In this document: positions 27,509 through 41,844 of the stretch, one piece after another
How the letters are laid out: every line of letters begins with the position of its first letter
Numbering within the stretch: position 1 is the first letter of the stretch
Assembly (NCBI RefSeq): GCF_009914755.1
Contig: NC_060925.1
Direction: 5' to 3' (one strand)
From: the human T2T-CHM13v2.0 reference genome, Homo sapiens
Length of the DNA stretch: 64,000 bases
Notes under the pieces: generated by a model
The model's input: the letters and a program-made list of their open reading frames with translations, nothing else
Database searches by the model: none
Told to the model about the DNA's origin: nothing
Position numbers and translations under genes: made by a program

Positions 27509-28015
27509 TGACATCGGTCAGGGCTCTCCAGAGAAACAGGACAAGCTTGAGAAATAAATAAATATACATATTATATGTATGGATGGGTGGATGGAGAGAG
27601 AGATTTATTCAGAGTAATTAACTACACAATTATGAAGGCTGAGAAGTCCCACAATCTGGTACCTGAAAGCTGAAGACCCTGGAAAGCTGGTGTGCTGACA
27701 TCCAAGTCTGAAGGCCTGAGAACCAAAGGAATCAATGGTGTAAGTCCCAGTTCAAAGGCAGTAGACCGAGGTCCCAGCTCAAGCAAGCAGGCAGAGAGAA
27801 TTCTGCTTCCCCTCATCTTTCTGCTCTACTCACACCCTCAATGGATTGGATGATGCCTGCCACATTTGGGAGGAAGCCCTGCTTTACTCAGCCACAAATT
27901 CAAAGGCTAAAATCATTCAGAAACACCCCCACAGACATACCCAGAAATAATGTTTAGATGAATATCTGGGCACCCTGCGATACAGTCAAGTCAATACCTA
28001 AAATTTCCTATCCCA
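27509..28015 (-). mobile_element. MLT2 ERVL solo LTR
   Basis: gtcagggctctccagagaaacag...ggctgagaagtccca...cccagaaataatgttt...cagtcaagt. Confidence 0.88.
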
Positions 28016-29434
28016 TTTCTCACTGGGTTTGGCACCATGCTGGTGATTGTTGACCATAAAGAAGCAATTCTAGGGAGCAGCTGAAGCAAACCTGGCCAAA
28101 GTGAGTTCAGGGGAAACTTGGAGAAGACAGACTATTGAGAACAAGTGTGCACAACTCTTAAAGGATGTCACTGCCTGAGAAGGAAAGCCAGGGGCAGGAG
28201 CATGAAGGGCATTTTGATTAGGAGATGGTTCTTTGTAAGAAGGGAGCCATAACAGCACGTCTGTACACTAACAGGAACAGCCCAGGACATGGGACACATG
28301 AGGCTGCCTGACGGAGTGGGGAGAATTGCTATGCAATGTCCTCGAGCAGGAGAGAAGGTGAGACCCAGTGCACGGGAGGGCAGACCCAGTGCAGGCGCTG
28401 GGTGGCCATGGCTCAGCACTCAGCATCCCTTCACAGAACAGAGGGGCTTACTGCAGATTCTGTGCAGGAAGGTGGTAAGCAAGGTGGGGTAGATTGTGGA
28501 AACTCTCAGGCTTGCTCCTGTATCCTCAGGAAAGTAGGAAGCCAGCGCTCAGCCAAGAATGGCTTTAAGGGGGAAGGCAAGTGCCAAGAGTGGCTGTAGG
28601 GGAAGGTGAGGGCTATAAGGAAGAGGGAGGCATGGAAGGGTCGGGAAAGCAGGGAGTCAAATCTTACAGATAGAGCATCTAGGAGAATCCACTACAAATA
28701 ATCCACTCCAAACCTAGCATAGTCACTAACAAGATGGCAAGAGTCACACTGGGGAGAGTGATGGGAAGCCAAGGCCAGGGGCTCTGCTGTACTCCCAGGG
28801 TCAGGTCACGACTACAGGATAGAGGGATGGGAGGGGGTCAAGAAGTTGGCTGACTTGGAATTTTCAAGGAAGGAGGGAGAGAGAATGGTTGGCACGGGGA
28901 ATGAGGAGCAGGAAGACACAGAGCTATCTTCAGGTTTGGGAGTGAGGCCCTAAGAGGGAGGGTAGCCCCTCATGAGGAGAGTCCTCAGCAGACATCTTAG
29001 ATCCATTCAAACAAACTTGAAGGGAAGTCTTGGTTCAGAGGAAAAGGGAGGATTCTGGATCTGGCTGATGACTGGTCATGGGCTTCAAAGGCCTGTTAGA
29101 CAGTCCTGGGCACTGGGGAGGGGTGGGATATGTGGGCCAGGGGTAGCAGGCAGTCCTGAGCTCCTGGTAGTGACTGGCATGAAGTGAAGGGGGCAGTGAG
29201 ATGGGTATGACAGCCTGAAAGCCAGTGGTTGAAGCTGGGACTTGCCTGGTATGTGCAGAGGTCTGGGGTGGAGATGCAGAGCTGTACAAGGGATGCTCTT
29301 ATTGGGAGCATGCAGAGTTTTTCCAACCCTTTTGGCTCCAGCTTTGGACATGTGCAGGCTTGGAGTGGCTCCACTAACCCTGAGTGCTGGGCACCAGCTC
29401 CACTTCTTCCATCCTATGTGCCAAAGTCACAGTG

Positions 29435-29450
29435 GGCCAGCAGAGGGCAC
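29435..29450 (+). promoter_or_regulatory. Candidate CTCF motif
   Basis: GGCCAGCAGAGGGCAC fits the core CCASYAGRKGGCRC. Motif match only. Confidence 0.45.
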
Positions 29451-29469
29451 ACTCTCAATGTACAGGCAC

Positions 29470-30040
29470 TGTTTCCACGTATCTGTCACCCACTGCTGCA
29501 TAACAAATTATCACAACTTAGTGGCTAAAAACAATGCCAGTTGACCAGCTCACAGCTCTTTAGGTCAGATGTGGCTGGGATCTCTGCTCAGGGCCTTATA
29601 CCGATGGTACTGGTCAGCTGTGGTCAGCAGAAGCTCTGGGGAATAGTTCACTACAAAAATCACTCAGGCTGTTGGCAGAATCTAGTTCCTTGGGTGTGTC
29701 GGACTGAGGTCCCCATCTCCTGGCTGACTTTTGCTCTCAGTTCTTAGAGAACGAGCCCCTCCATGCAGCCCCTCCATCTTCAAAGCCAGCAATGGAGAAT
29801 CTCCCTCCACATCATATTCCTCTCATGCCCTGAATCTCTTATGCTGGGAACAAACCCATTCCTTTTCAGGGCTCACCTGATTAGATCAGGCCAACCAAAA
29901 TCATCTCCCTTTCTTAAGGCCAGCTATGCCATACCACATTCCCTAATCAGGGGAGTAGAATTCATCACATTCCTGGTCCTGAGACTTCACAGGGTGTGCT
30001 CACCAGCAGGGGGAATCTTGGGGACCTTCTGCCCACCACA
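29470..30040 (-). mobile_element. MLT1E-like solo LTR
   Basis: tgctgcataacaaattatcacaacttagtggct...ggactgaggtcccc...ttctgcccaccaca. Confidence 0.85.
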
Positions 30041-31244
30041 CTTGGTCTCTGCTGATGGGCTCCTGCTATTAGGGAGATGAGCCATTGCCGTCCGATGACT
30101 TCATTTTTTTTTTCTGTAAATGAAGAGAAATTGTCTACTGGGAATGACTGAAGTGGGCCTGGAGGGCTTGTTTCTGATGTACACAGCAGGTTTGGGTGGG
30201 GTAGGATTGTACGACACAGAAAGTGTGGCAAAGGCTCTTTGACAACAGAACACATTTTGTGCCTGCAGGACCCCGTGGGAGATGGAAGAGTGCAGTCAGA
30301 GGTTGGAAAAGGAAGTGAAAGGGATCCCCAGGCCACAATGATCATCATCAGCACTAGGGCCAAAGGACAGTTCCTAGCAATGTTCACGCACTGCACTCGG
30401 GGGGCAGGAACCCTGCTATGACTTTCTTTATTTAGCATGAAGAGCACTCAGACAACTCTCCCATCTCACCCCAGACATCAGCCTCGTTTGCTAAGAGGAC
30501 TTTGCCATGGAGAGGCCCCCCAGACCCCTTCTGGGACAATTCTCCCAGCCTTGTACCCTGGCCATCACCCTTTAGCACCTCTGAGGCCACTTTCAGCCTG
30601 AATGTTACCCAGGCTTACCCTAGAGCATCTGGGGACTGCGAGCTTCTCAGCAACACCTTTGCCTGGGAGAAGAGGGTAACAAGGAGGAACCCTGCCTAAG
30701 AGCTTTCCCGAGCCAAGAATGTGTTTGTGTCGGTTCCAGATTGATTAAACACCCAGCGTGCATCTTGCCAAATGCCAGCACCTTCATTTTCTGATAACAA
30801 ATGGCTGGTTAGAATCAATAACAACTCCCTGCTGCTGTGCTAGGGCACCACATGAGGCCGGGAGAAGCGGCTGGGCTTGGCAGTGCAGCTGCTGTGCCCA
30901 CATCCCAGGACCCATCCAGGAGGATCGCTGCTGCCCAGTCACACTGGACTCACCCCAGCACCCCCTTCCTTCCTCCTTCTGCTACTCGGTTTCTCAGATA
31001 AGCCAGAAAATCTGCTGCTGAGCATCCAATCCACGTAAATTGTGTTTTCTGCTTAGAGCGGGCATGCGTCCAAGAGGGGGAAAGGAAGGACAGAAAGGCC
31101 GGCTGTCCATGACAGGCATATATGCCATCCATGCTGGAGGCTCAGCCAATTAAGCAGCAGCCAGCAGCTATGGTTGATCTGTTCCAGTTAAAGGAGACTC
31201 GGGGTCAGAATACCATAGCAGGTGTGAGGTGAATTCTGGAGCTG

Positions 31245-31420
31245 CCCTCTGGATTCCAGCTGTGGCTCTTGCCAGCTGTGTGATCTCTGGAAGGTGACTT
31301 AGTCTCTCTGTGCCTCCTGATCTCTGTAAAGGGGCTTTACTGTAGCAACTGTCTTGTGGGGACCTCCCAGGTACCCGTGGGAAGTGATGCAGCAGCTCCG
31401 GGCACACCAACTGCCATGAT
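31245..31420 (+). mobile_element. MIR SINE
   Basis: ccagctgtgtgatctctggaaggtgacttagtctctctgtgcctc. Confidence 0.75.
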
Positions 31421-31457
31421 TGCTTCACTTGTTCTCCCAAAGGCATCTGCCACCTGA

Positions 31458-31776
<319 letters not shown>

Positions 31777-32607
31777 ACCGTGAGCCCCTTTAAATCCCCA
31801 GTGGACATTGTGTTCCCACAGGCCTGTCCTATAGCACCCAGCATGGCCTTTGACATAAGAGGATGCTCAGGCTGTGCTGTTTACTGGGCTGCCAAAATGT
31901 GGTCACTACAGAGACTAAAATCTTTCCTCTGTACAGTCAACTTCATGAGAGACTGTCCTGCTGTCAAGCCAGAGTGACTCAGGGAGCCCCTCACGGCACA
32001 ACTCCTTCGTGAGCAGTGTGCTGAGGCCTGTGGGCACAGAGTCAAATGAGTACACTCCTTCATGTGTTCCTGTTTTCTCCAGGTCCACCTAGCAGTGGGC
32101 CAACCTCGATGGGGTGGTACAGTAGGGATCATCCTGGCATCTGGCCCTGCCTCCTCTTCCTGGGCTCCTCTTTCTGACCTTTGAATTGGGCCTTGCCTCT
32201 CCCCTTGCTCACAAGCTTCAGGGGCTGTAGGCTGACCCAGCCTTGTGTGCCACATTTTTCCTTGCCTGGTCCCACCTGTGCTCCCACCTCAGTACAGGGC
32301 TCTTCCCACAGATCCCGGCTGCACTGTAGACTGCCCAGGCCATCAGGACACTGGTTTGCCCTGTCCAAGTTTCTCACCCTTGTTGCTCTTCTCGATCAGC
32401 TTCCATAGGTCCTCCAAGGCTCAACTCTGAAGGTTACCCTCTGGTCCTCAAGGAGAAATTGATTGTTTTCTCTTCTATAAGCTCAAAGCACTTACCATTG
32501 TTGGTTGTTTGTTGGCAATTGTGTTTCCCTCCAAGGGTGAGGAATGGAGGATGCTGTATTCATTCCCCATCTTTGCTTGGGACAAGCAAAGTGGGACCAC
32601 AATAAGA

Positions 32608-33108
32608 ATGCATGGATGGATGGATGGATGGATGGATGATACATGGATGAATGGTGGATGGGTGGGTGGATGCATGGATGAATGGATGAATGGATGGATG
32701 GGTGAATGGATGATGGATGGATGGATGAATAGATGAATGGATGGATGAATGGGTGGATGGATGGATGGATGCATGGATGGATACATGGATGAATGGTGGA
32801 TGGATGGGTGGATTCATGGATGGATGGATGAATGGATTGATGAATGGATGGATGGATGGATACATGGATGAATGGTGAACGGATGGGTGGATGGATGAAT
32901 GGATGAATGGATGGATGAATGGGTGGATGGATGGATGGATGGATGGATGCATGGATGCATGGATGGATACATGGATGAATGGTGGATGGATGGGTGGATT
33001 CATAGATGGATGGATGAATGGCTTGATGGATGGATGGATACATGGATGAATGGTGAATGGATGGGTGGATGGATGAATGGATGCATGGATGAATGAATGG
33101 GTGGATGG
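32608..33108. repeat. (GGAT)n-based complex tandem repeat, block 1
   Basis: About 500 bp of GGAT/GAAT/GGGT units. Source of the HPSI-rich ORFs. Confidence 0.97.
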
Positions 33109-33128
33109 CTAAATAGTTGAAGGACACA

Positions 33129-33707
33129 TGAATAGATAAAATATGCCACCCCAGAATATGAAGAATTGTTGAATTGAACCCAACTGGGAAGAAGCAAATA
33201 CAGGAAAGCTCCCTGACCTCCCTCTATTTGTGTAAAAGCAGGACTTATTTACAAAGGAGGAATGAAGGATGCATCTCCTTCATCTCTCCTCTCTGCCAAG
33301 GAGAAAAAAGGTACACTGGAATGAACAAAGGTACAAAGAGACACTGGTAGGTCCTTCGACCTGGAGATGTTCCAGAAGAATCTACATTAACAAGCCTTGG
33401 TAACTAACATTTATCTGTCATTTATTTGCCTTTCCACAAGTTGCTGCCTCTAGAGACTCAAGGTCTTTTTCTTTTGTTTTGTCATTTCTCTAAAATGTTA
33501 CTGTTCTTTGTTGAAAATGTTATATAAGCTGGAATTCCAAGCCACCTCTACTCACTCCTTAGGTGTCTCCCATATATACATGAAATATACATGTTAATAA
33601 ATTTCTGTTTGTTTGTCTCTTTATAATCTGTTCTTTTTTGGTACAGGGGTCCATCCCAACTAAAAATCTTGGAGGATGGAAGAACAAATTATTTTACTTT
33701 CCCTACA
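33129..33707 (+). mobile_element. MER34-family ERV1 solo LTR
   Basis: aatatgccacccca.aatatg near start; TATATAA at about 33520; AATAAA at about 33596; ends ttccctaca. Confidence 0.75.
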
Positions 33708-34028
33708 GATGGATGGATGGATGGATGGAGGAACGAATGAGTGATTGGATAGATGGGTGGATAGATGGATGAATGAATCAATTAATAAATGGATGGATGG
33801 ATCAGTGGATGGATGGGTGGATGGATGGTGGATGGATGGTGGATGGAAAGATGGATGGATGGATGGATGGATGGATGGATGGATGGATGGATAAATGAGT
33901 GGACGGATGAATGGAGGAGTGGATGGATGGATGGTGGATGAATGGTGGATGGGTAGTGGATGAATGGATAGATAGATAAATGAATAGATTGATAGCTGGA
34001 TGATGAATGGATGGATAGATAGATGAAC
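33708..34028. repeat. (GGAT)n-based complex tandem repeat, block 2
   Basis: GGAT/AGAT units resume immediately after the LTR end. Confidence 0.95.
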
Positions 34029-34614
34029 CAATTCTAGTATTATTAGCTCTTATGTAAAGCAGTAAGGAATATAAAAGAGAAAGGACGGCCTCTTCTGTGG
34101 GATCAGGGAGACCTTCTAATTGATTTTCAGATTTCACAGGCCCCAGTCCTGCCTTGTTTCCCAGCCCAATCTGTCCTCCCCTTTTCCTATCACTTTAGCC
34201 CATGCCCCTATGTTCTCTCCCTTGCTTCTCTACCATTGACTTTGGGTGTCTCTCTGGCTCCCCTGCTCAGCTGGACACTTGACCCTGGTTCTTATGGGTG
34301 ACCAACCCTGTCCAGTGACCCCATAATTCATAGTGAACAGAGTCTCAGATTTTAGATCCCAAAAATTGTATCCCTGTCTGTCTGGAACTTTGGCACATTT
34401 TCCAAGGACAAAGAAGCACTTAATGGGCATCTTAGTAAAGAGGAAAATGAGGAAGGAAAGGGTGGCTAAGAAGAGGCCATGATTCTCATGCATAAGCCCA
34501 CTGTCTGCGAGCCAAACCACATTGTCATCTGCGGAGAGGAGAGAAACCCACACACCCTTGTAAAGATGGATGAAATGTGCTCAGGAATGGTGTAGGAGAG
34601 AAAACCAGAGGAAG

Positions 34615-34810
34615 GACATATTTATTGAGTGCCTAGAATATGTCCTACACACATCTTTCAACAGCTCCTAGAAGTGAGGTACTAGTAGCTTCATTTCACA
34701 GACAGGAAACTGAGGCAACCAGAAAGCGATAACACACAGAAGATCTAGCTGATAAGGGGGCTGAGCCAGAGTTTAAGTCCAAGTCTCTCTGACTAAAACC
34801 CTTGCCCTTC
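34615..34810 (-). mobile_element. MIR SINE
   Basis: atttattgagtgcct...catttcacagacaggaaactgaggc. Confidence 0.8.
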
Positions 34811-35418
34811 TTGGAAAACTGGACTGCATCTCCAGAATGATTTGAAGGGAAATAAACAGGGCAATGACAAAAACAGAGCGGGGGGATGCCAAAGGCAGGG
34901 CAAGCCCACGGCCCTCTTCTCTGGCTGTGCACACAACCCTTTGGTTGAAACTGTCAAGGAACCTGTGAAAAAGCAGCCTGGGGTTGAGCCTTTTCACAGG
35001 AGCAGCAGATGCTGGGTTCCCTGCTGCAGTGAGATGATGTTAGCCCAGTAGGTGACAGCGATTAATAGCCTATTTCTCAAATCAGCCTATTAGAAATAAT
35101 CATGCCAGCAACCATAGGCCATTAATCTGCATTGGAACCCAACCCGCACAGCACAGGCTGACGTGTGGATGAAATCTTTAGAGATACACAGGCGGAGAAT
35201 TTTTATGCACAGAAAACATTGCTGTGCAGTAGTAGGGAGCAAGGATGGGGATCAGGTAGTATCCCAGGCAGGATCTGAAACTTGAGAGGCATAGCCCTGA
35301 GTGACCACATGGGGATGGGGAGCTGCCCTTTCCTACTAAGGTCCAAGGATGACCCCACACAGGAGTGGCAACCTGGAATGCTGTGTTGAGGGGGATTTTG
35401 AAGTCCATAATCAGTTGC

Positions 35419-35777
35419 TGTATTAGTCTGTTCTCACGCTGCTAATAAAGACACACCAAAGACTGGGCAATTTATTCAAATAAAGAGGTTTAATGGACTC
35501 ACAGTTCCACATGGCTGGGGTGGCCTCACAATCATGGCGGAAGGCGAATGAGGAGCAGTCACGTCTTACATCGCGGGAGGCAAGAGAGCATGAGCACCGG
35601 AACTCCCCTTTATGAAACCATCAGATCTCATGAGATTTATTCACTGTCACAAAAAGAGCATGGGAAAAACTCACCACCGCGCTTCAATTACCTCCCACTG
35701 GGTCCCTCCCATGACACGTGGGGATTATTACAATTCAAGGTGAGATTTGAGTGGGGACACAGAGCCAAGTCAGATCA
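35419..35777 (-). mobile_element. THE1 (B/C-like) solo LTR
   Basis: tgtattagtctgttctcacgctgct...ggggacacagagccaa...atca; perfect TSD gttgc/gttgc. Confidence 0.95.
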
Positions 35778-38166
35778 GTTGCATTTTCTGCCATGGGAAA
35801 TGGGTGGGCAAATGAAGGCACGAGTGCCCTGAATTTGATGTCCCTGGACCTAGGGGCATACCCAGGGGCCGGAAGGAGCATCTCCCAGCAGCATGGGATG
35901 TTTTATCACTGACCTTGTGTAGAATTGCCAACACATGTTAATGAGAGAAAGGAGATGGACTGTGAGCTGGTGTCACTACAGTTTCTAAATTCTCTATAGG
36001 CAAGGCCTGTCTCATTGCTGCTCCAGGGCAGGCCACTCCCACTGCCCCTCCCCACTTAGTGCCCGCACATGTGTGTGCTCTGCCATGGGTCTCCCCACCG
36101 GTCTCCCAGAGCCTCTGTGTCCTTGGGGGTTCTGGCTCTTCTCTTCCATGCCTCCACTTTTGAGCCTCAGAACTTCAGACACTACAGAGGCCCAGAGGGA
36201 AGGAGGAGAGCAGGGCCTCAGCCTGAGATCTGAGCACAAAGACAAACCCAAAGTCTGCAATTCCAAAGGGCTTGCTGGAGCCACTCCACAGCAGCCTCTT
36301 CTTCAAAGCCTGGCTTTTCGTATGGCCTTAGTGGACAAGTAAAAGGGGAGATCTTTCCCATGTCTTTTCTCTGAGATTTTAGGACCTTGATTTAGTCAAT
36401 GAAGGGCCACTTCTGCCTCAGACTCGCTTCCCTGGGTGCTCCAGCCTTCTCTCCAGCCTCTTCTGTGGGCTGCCGGTTCCTCACTGTCTAGCACTCTCCT
36501 TCACTGAGCATCAGTGTCACTAGGGTGCCATTAGGTACCATTCTCTGGCTTCTGAGCCAAAAGCTTCCATGTCCTCCCTCAGAGCAAGGGAACCGAGCCT
36601 TCCAGAGGCACCAGCCAGGGGACTGCTCCCTGAAAGTCTGCCTTCAACTGTGCACAAGAGACTCTTCCTCGGCTCCTTGCCTTGGTTTGACCCCAGGGTC
36701 TCTGGTCTGGACTTGCCCAGTCTCTTCTGAGTCATTCCCTGGCCTCTCACTTGCCTCTCCATGGGGGCATCATCTCGGCTGGACATCTGGGTAGGTCCAA
36801 GGGCCCCACGAGGCATTCATGGCCCTCGCCTCATCAGATCATGGCCATGATGCATTGACTTGCTCCTCCCACATCCCCGTGAAAGTGGCAGTAGCTGCAC
36901 TTTGGATGCAAATTGACACCACCTTTCACGGCCATCCCCTGGTTCTTAAATAGAAGCCCGCAGCGTGCAGGTGTGCAGAAGGCATAGCTATCTCTGAACA
37001 AAGTCATGACAACATAGGAAAGTCTGAACTTACCAAGTAGGTAAATAAAGGGGCAATTACTCACCTGATGGAAGGATTATTTCAAAGAGCACATCTCCCT
37101 CAGGCAAACTGGCTTATATGTAACTTTTCAGAAAAGCAACTGCTGTGAAAAAAACACTTCTACATGAAATAGTCCCGTACAGAGGCAGGCACAATTGAAT
37201 CGGCTGATTTTTCTGGTGTGGCTGAACTTTTGCCAAGGACTGACTCTAGGCACAGATGTCACCTGAATTGTCTCAGTGATGAGACTGTCGTCTGCAGAAC
37301 TGTTGACTCCCATGCTCATGAGAGGCTCAGAGTGAATCCAGAAACTCATGGTTCTGGCTGATCTTTATTATTATTTTTTAAATTTCCAAGTGTGTGACTC
37401 ATAGTAGACACTCATTCGGGTGGCTCGGATATTTTCACCTACAGGAGAATATATGGAAAAGAAAACAACACCCCACCTTCAACAACCTCCAGCTGCACAA
37501 TGTGTGAGGACAAAATTGTCCTCACACCACATGACAAAATAACCAAGCTTCCCTCACCACTCACTGAGAGGCTTCCTGTCGAGGAATGTATGGATGATCA
37601 CTAATAACTGGTAAGTACTTCCCATAGCCTGTAACACAACTGCCAGCTGCTGTGGAAGTCCCTGTGACAGCTTCTTGTTAGTCCACGCCCTCCTCCCCGC
37701 TTCCAGCCCACGCCTGATGTGAAAGGGTCCCCTAATTCCACGTTTCCTCTGAATGTCCTGCTCTCACAGTCGTGCCAGTTCCCCCTTTTACTGCTTAAAA
37801 GTACACATTCTACTGTAATATATATTGCTTTGGGCAGTTCAGAGAAAATAATCCAGGGAAAAGCATGGTCTTAGTTGTATCTTTTCAATTCCCAGGCAAA
37901 AGAGCTTTTGGAAAATGTCCCTAACTATTCCTTTTTGTACCAAGAACACATTGTCAAAGCCCCCTTTTCTTCTCCTCCAGACGGCCCTTTCTCAAGCCTC
38001 ACCATTTCCCCATTACAGTGTAAAGGGAGGAAATTTACAGGAGAACGTGATGGTTGATTGCACGGAGCAGGGAAAGCCCATTTTCAGGAGGAAAGCCTGA
38101 AATGACACTGTACCTTCTGATCCTGCCAGAGGGTCAGAGCAGAAAAGCCTCCTTTTTTCCCCCTGA

Positions 38167-38769
<603 letters not shown>

Positions 38770-41029
38770 TGATTTTTAAGGCTAGAACTAGAAAATCCAC
38801 TGGGGGGAAAATATCCAGCCTCAAATGGAGCCCTCTGTAAGTAATAAATTTATTCCCTGTTGTAGTCAATTCTCCTAAAACAAAAGTGACTGCAGCAAGC
38901 GATTTTTGGTATTGCTCATATATTGTTAAAATATTTCAGCTGGCAGACGCTGTGTGAAGAGAGACAGTCGCCGGCCTGACATAAGATTTATTAGAGAAAG
39001 TTGGCACAAATATATTTGTAGGAAGCAAAATATGTTTGTAGAGATTATTCCAGATTTACAGTGATTAATAACGGATTGGAAGCAGTCGACGTCAAAGAGC
39101 CGCCTCCTGGCAATGTCTGCCCCAGGTTGAGTCGGAATAGAACATGAACTTCAGCGGCGCCAGGAACCTTTTGCTAAAAGAATGAAGTTTTCTGAATAGA
39201 ATGAAATGAATGCCAAGAGCCCTCTGTAGGCTCAAAAAACCTGCCACACTACTTAATCTGCTTTAAGCACTGACTGGCTAATGGAGTTTCGAGCCAGGCA
39301 GCATTCGAAGGCTTAGCACCTGCAGGGGCTCCCTGAGAGAACAGAGGAGACGCCACAGCAGAGGAGATTTGTCTTTGCCCTGTGCATGGGAGGAGGCTGC
39401 GGGGAAAGGGAGAAAGTCAGGAGAAGCTGCTCTTACGTCTTTTTTCATCCCCTTTGTCCAGAGTGCGTTTTTTAGGGATGTGCACTTGAGACCCTAACCC
39501 GCAGCACGTTATCTCAATTGGAAGGTCAGTGTCCACGTCAACCAGTAATAAAGGATGGATGATACACACAAGTCCCAGCCGAGATGGGGATCTGGTTTCT
39601 TATCCACAGAGCTCTGCGACACTGCCTTGAGCTGGCAGAGACCGCGTGGAAGGCTGTTTCCCATCTCCCTGCAGATTCCCAGCACCGGCAGCAAATGGGT
39701 GGCAGTTCCACACAGCAGTATGAAGAAGAGATCCCCCCCGCCCCAAAAGCCATTTCCTCTCCTCATAAGTGCACACGCAGCTAGCTGTCTCCGAGAAGGA
39801 GGATACAGGGATCGCTTGCTCCCGGGCAGCTCGCCTCCCTGATACTATCCATCTTCCTCTGCAAGCTGGAGTTGGCTGGAAACAAGTCTGATTAATAAAA
39901 CTTGCAAGTAGACCCCAAGGTTGACACTAACAGGCTCCCAATAAACAGCATTTAGATTGAATTGATCACCCTGGAAGGTGAGAGGGCCTTGTTGAGAAAC
40001 AACAGCCATGCCCTTCTGCCCTGCTGATGACAAATGGCTTGCAATCTGTCAACCACGATTATGAGCTTTGGCTGGAAGGCACGAGGGCGCTAATGAAGAC
40101 CCCCACGCCTGCTGCTCCCGTGGGGCAGGTGGGCTCGGGTGGGAGCTCACATCCAGCTCGTGAGCAGGGCTGGTGGGATTCCATCCTCCCCAGTTTGTTG
40201 CCATGGAGAAGGAGTTGAATGGCTTTAATACAGCTGTGTGGATGTCTCCCCTGAGATGCGCCATGACAAGTTGGACTGGAAGTAGCAAATGAGCAGCTAT
40301 AATCTTCAAACTGTATGAATAAGTGATTGATTGGGCACGGGGGCTGTAAACAGCACTCTGTGTTCTGGCAGCATGGGGCCCAGCAAAATGAGATCATCAG
40401 TCTGGGAGAGACACGCACAGAGCAGCCGTGCTCCCGGTAGCCTTCCACAGGGCTGTGGCCTGGGCTTGGGAATCTGCCCAGAACTCATGACCACTTCTTG
40501 CAGGCCCTGCAGATGTTGGGCCACTCTAGGTCCCAGCTGGCTCCAAACCCGTTTCTGGTTAATCCTGCCATGCGTAGCTATTAATGCTTTACAAATAAAG
40601 GCTTCTGTCTGTTTGCCCCTGCCAGCTCCCCAGCCAATTGCTTGGCCCCAGGGCGGAGAGTGGCTGAGTGTCCAAGGGAGGTGAGAATCCACTAATATGA
40701 ATCCCTGGGGCCTCCTGCCAGGGCTGCTTCTTAGGCGGCTCCTCCCTGCTGCCTGGGGATTCCCCATCCCTTGCCAGATAAGACTGGATCAGAGCAGTCC
40801 ATATGCAGGCCAGAGAGTGACCAGTGAGGAAAGGTCAGCTGGGCCAAGCTGCATCTTCTCTGTAGATTTTGGAATTGGGGCACTCTCAGAATGGTCAGTG
40901 AATAATGGAGTTGAATGACCAAGACATTGGGGACTGAGCCAGCAGGAAGCCAGTGACCATGGAGAACAAAGAGAGACAGAGACAGAGAGACCCAGAGAAA
41001 GGGATAAGCTCATCAGCTTCTCCAACTCC

Positions 41030-41417
41030 AGAGTCTACCCTCACCCCCTTCAGCTTTGATCTCCTGCCAGTCACATGGTAGGATGACACATTCCCATGCC
41101 CCTTGCAGTTGAGTGGTGCTGTGTTACTGGCCTGGCCAATGGGCAGTGTCACCACTACGCAAAGCTCTTCATTACTGCTGGGAGGCCCTCTGGCTGTCTG
41201 TTCCCTTGACCACTGTAGACAATGAAGCCTCCATCAGACTGCATTCCTGGTAGGGACCACAGGATCGGGGTCCCCACACACAGGTGAACGACATGAGTCA
41301 GCCAGACTCACAGCATTTTCCACGTGAGGAGACATAGACCTTTGTTGTGCAGAGTCCCTGGGTTGGAGCTCTTTGTAACTGCACCACGACCCAGGCTGTC
41401 TAAGGCTGATCGGTACA
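41030..41417 (+). mobile_element. Old MLT1 (I/J-like) LTR
   Basis: cacattccc...ccccttgcagttgag...ggccaatgg; acctttgttgtg...tttgtaactgca. Confidence 0.6.
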
Positions 41418-41844
41418 TTTGCAATAAATTCCCTGTGACTTGATCTGGTTCCAGTGAGTCTCTGTACCTTGCATTCAAAATATCTCTGATCCAAAAACTG
41501 CACTGAGAAACATAGAAGCTGGGAGGGCAGGCACTGCGGCAGCGGGGCCATGGGGGCTGGGCTGGGCCGCTCAACTCCCTTTGCCTGGGACTCCTCACTT
41601 GTACAATGGGACACTGGCTTTAAAGCTGCTGTGAGGACTAAAAAACAGTTCAAAATGCTTGACATGGGTGATCTCAATTACCTGCTATTATTGGGATCAT
41701 TGTCAACATCGGCATAGCCACTACCATCCAGAATACAGGTAAGAGGTAATAACAGTACTATTCATGATGCAGGTGAGATATAATGGTACCTGGAGCCAGG
41801 GGGAGGTGGGGCAAAGCCATAAGTTTCTGGATATGTTTTGAAGA

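Larger units (their letters stand above)
25650..29400 (-). mobile_element. Long fragmented L2 remnant, interrupted by AluJ and MLT2
   Basis: Purine-rich antisense L2-like tracts (ggagattttggaggtgtttggagggtagaatca, aatgagattgtt, aatgatgaagactgaaga). Boundaries approximate. Confidence 0.6.

Noticed and set aside
32475-34137. His/Pro/Ser/Ile-rich ORFs up to 211 aa
   Set aside because: Translations of (ATCC)n simple repeats.
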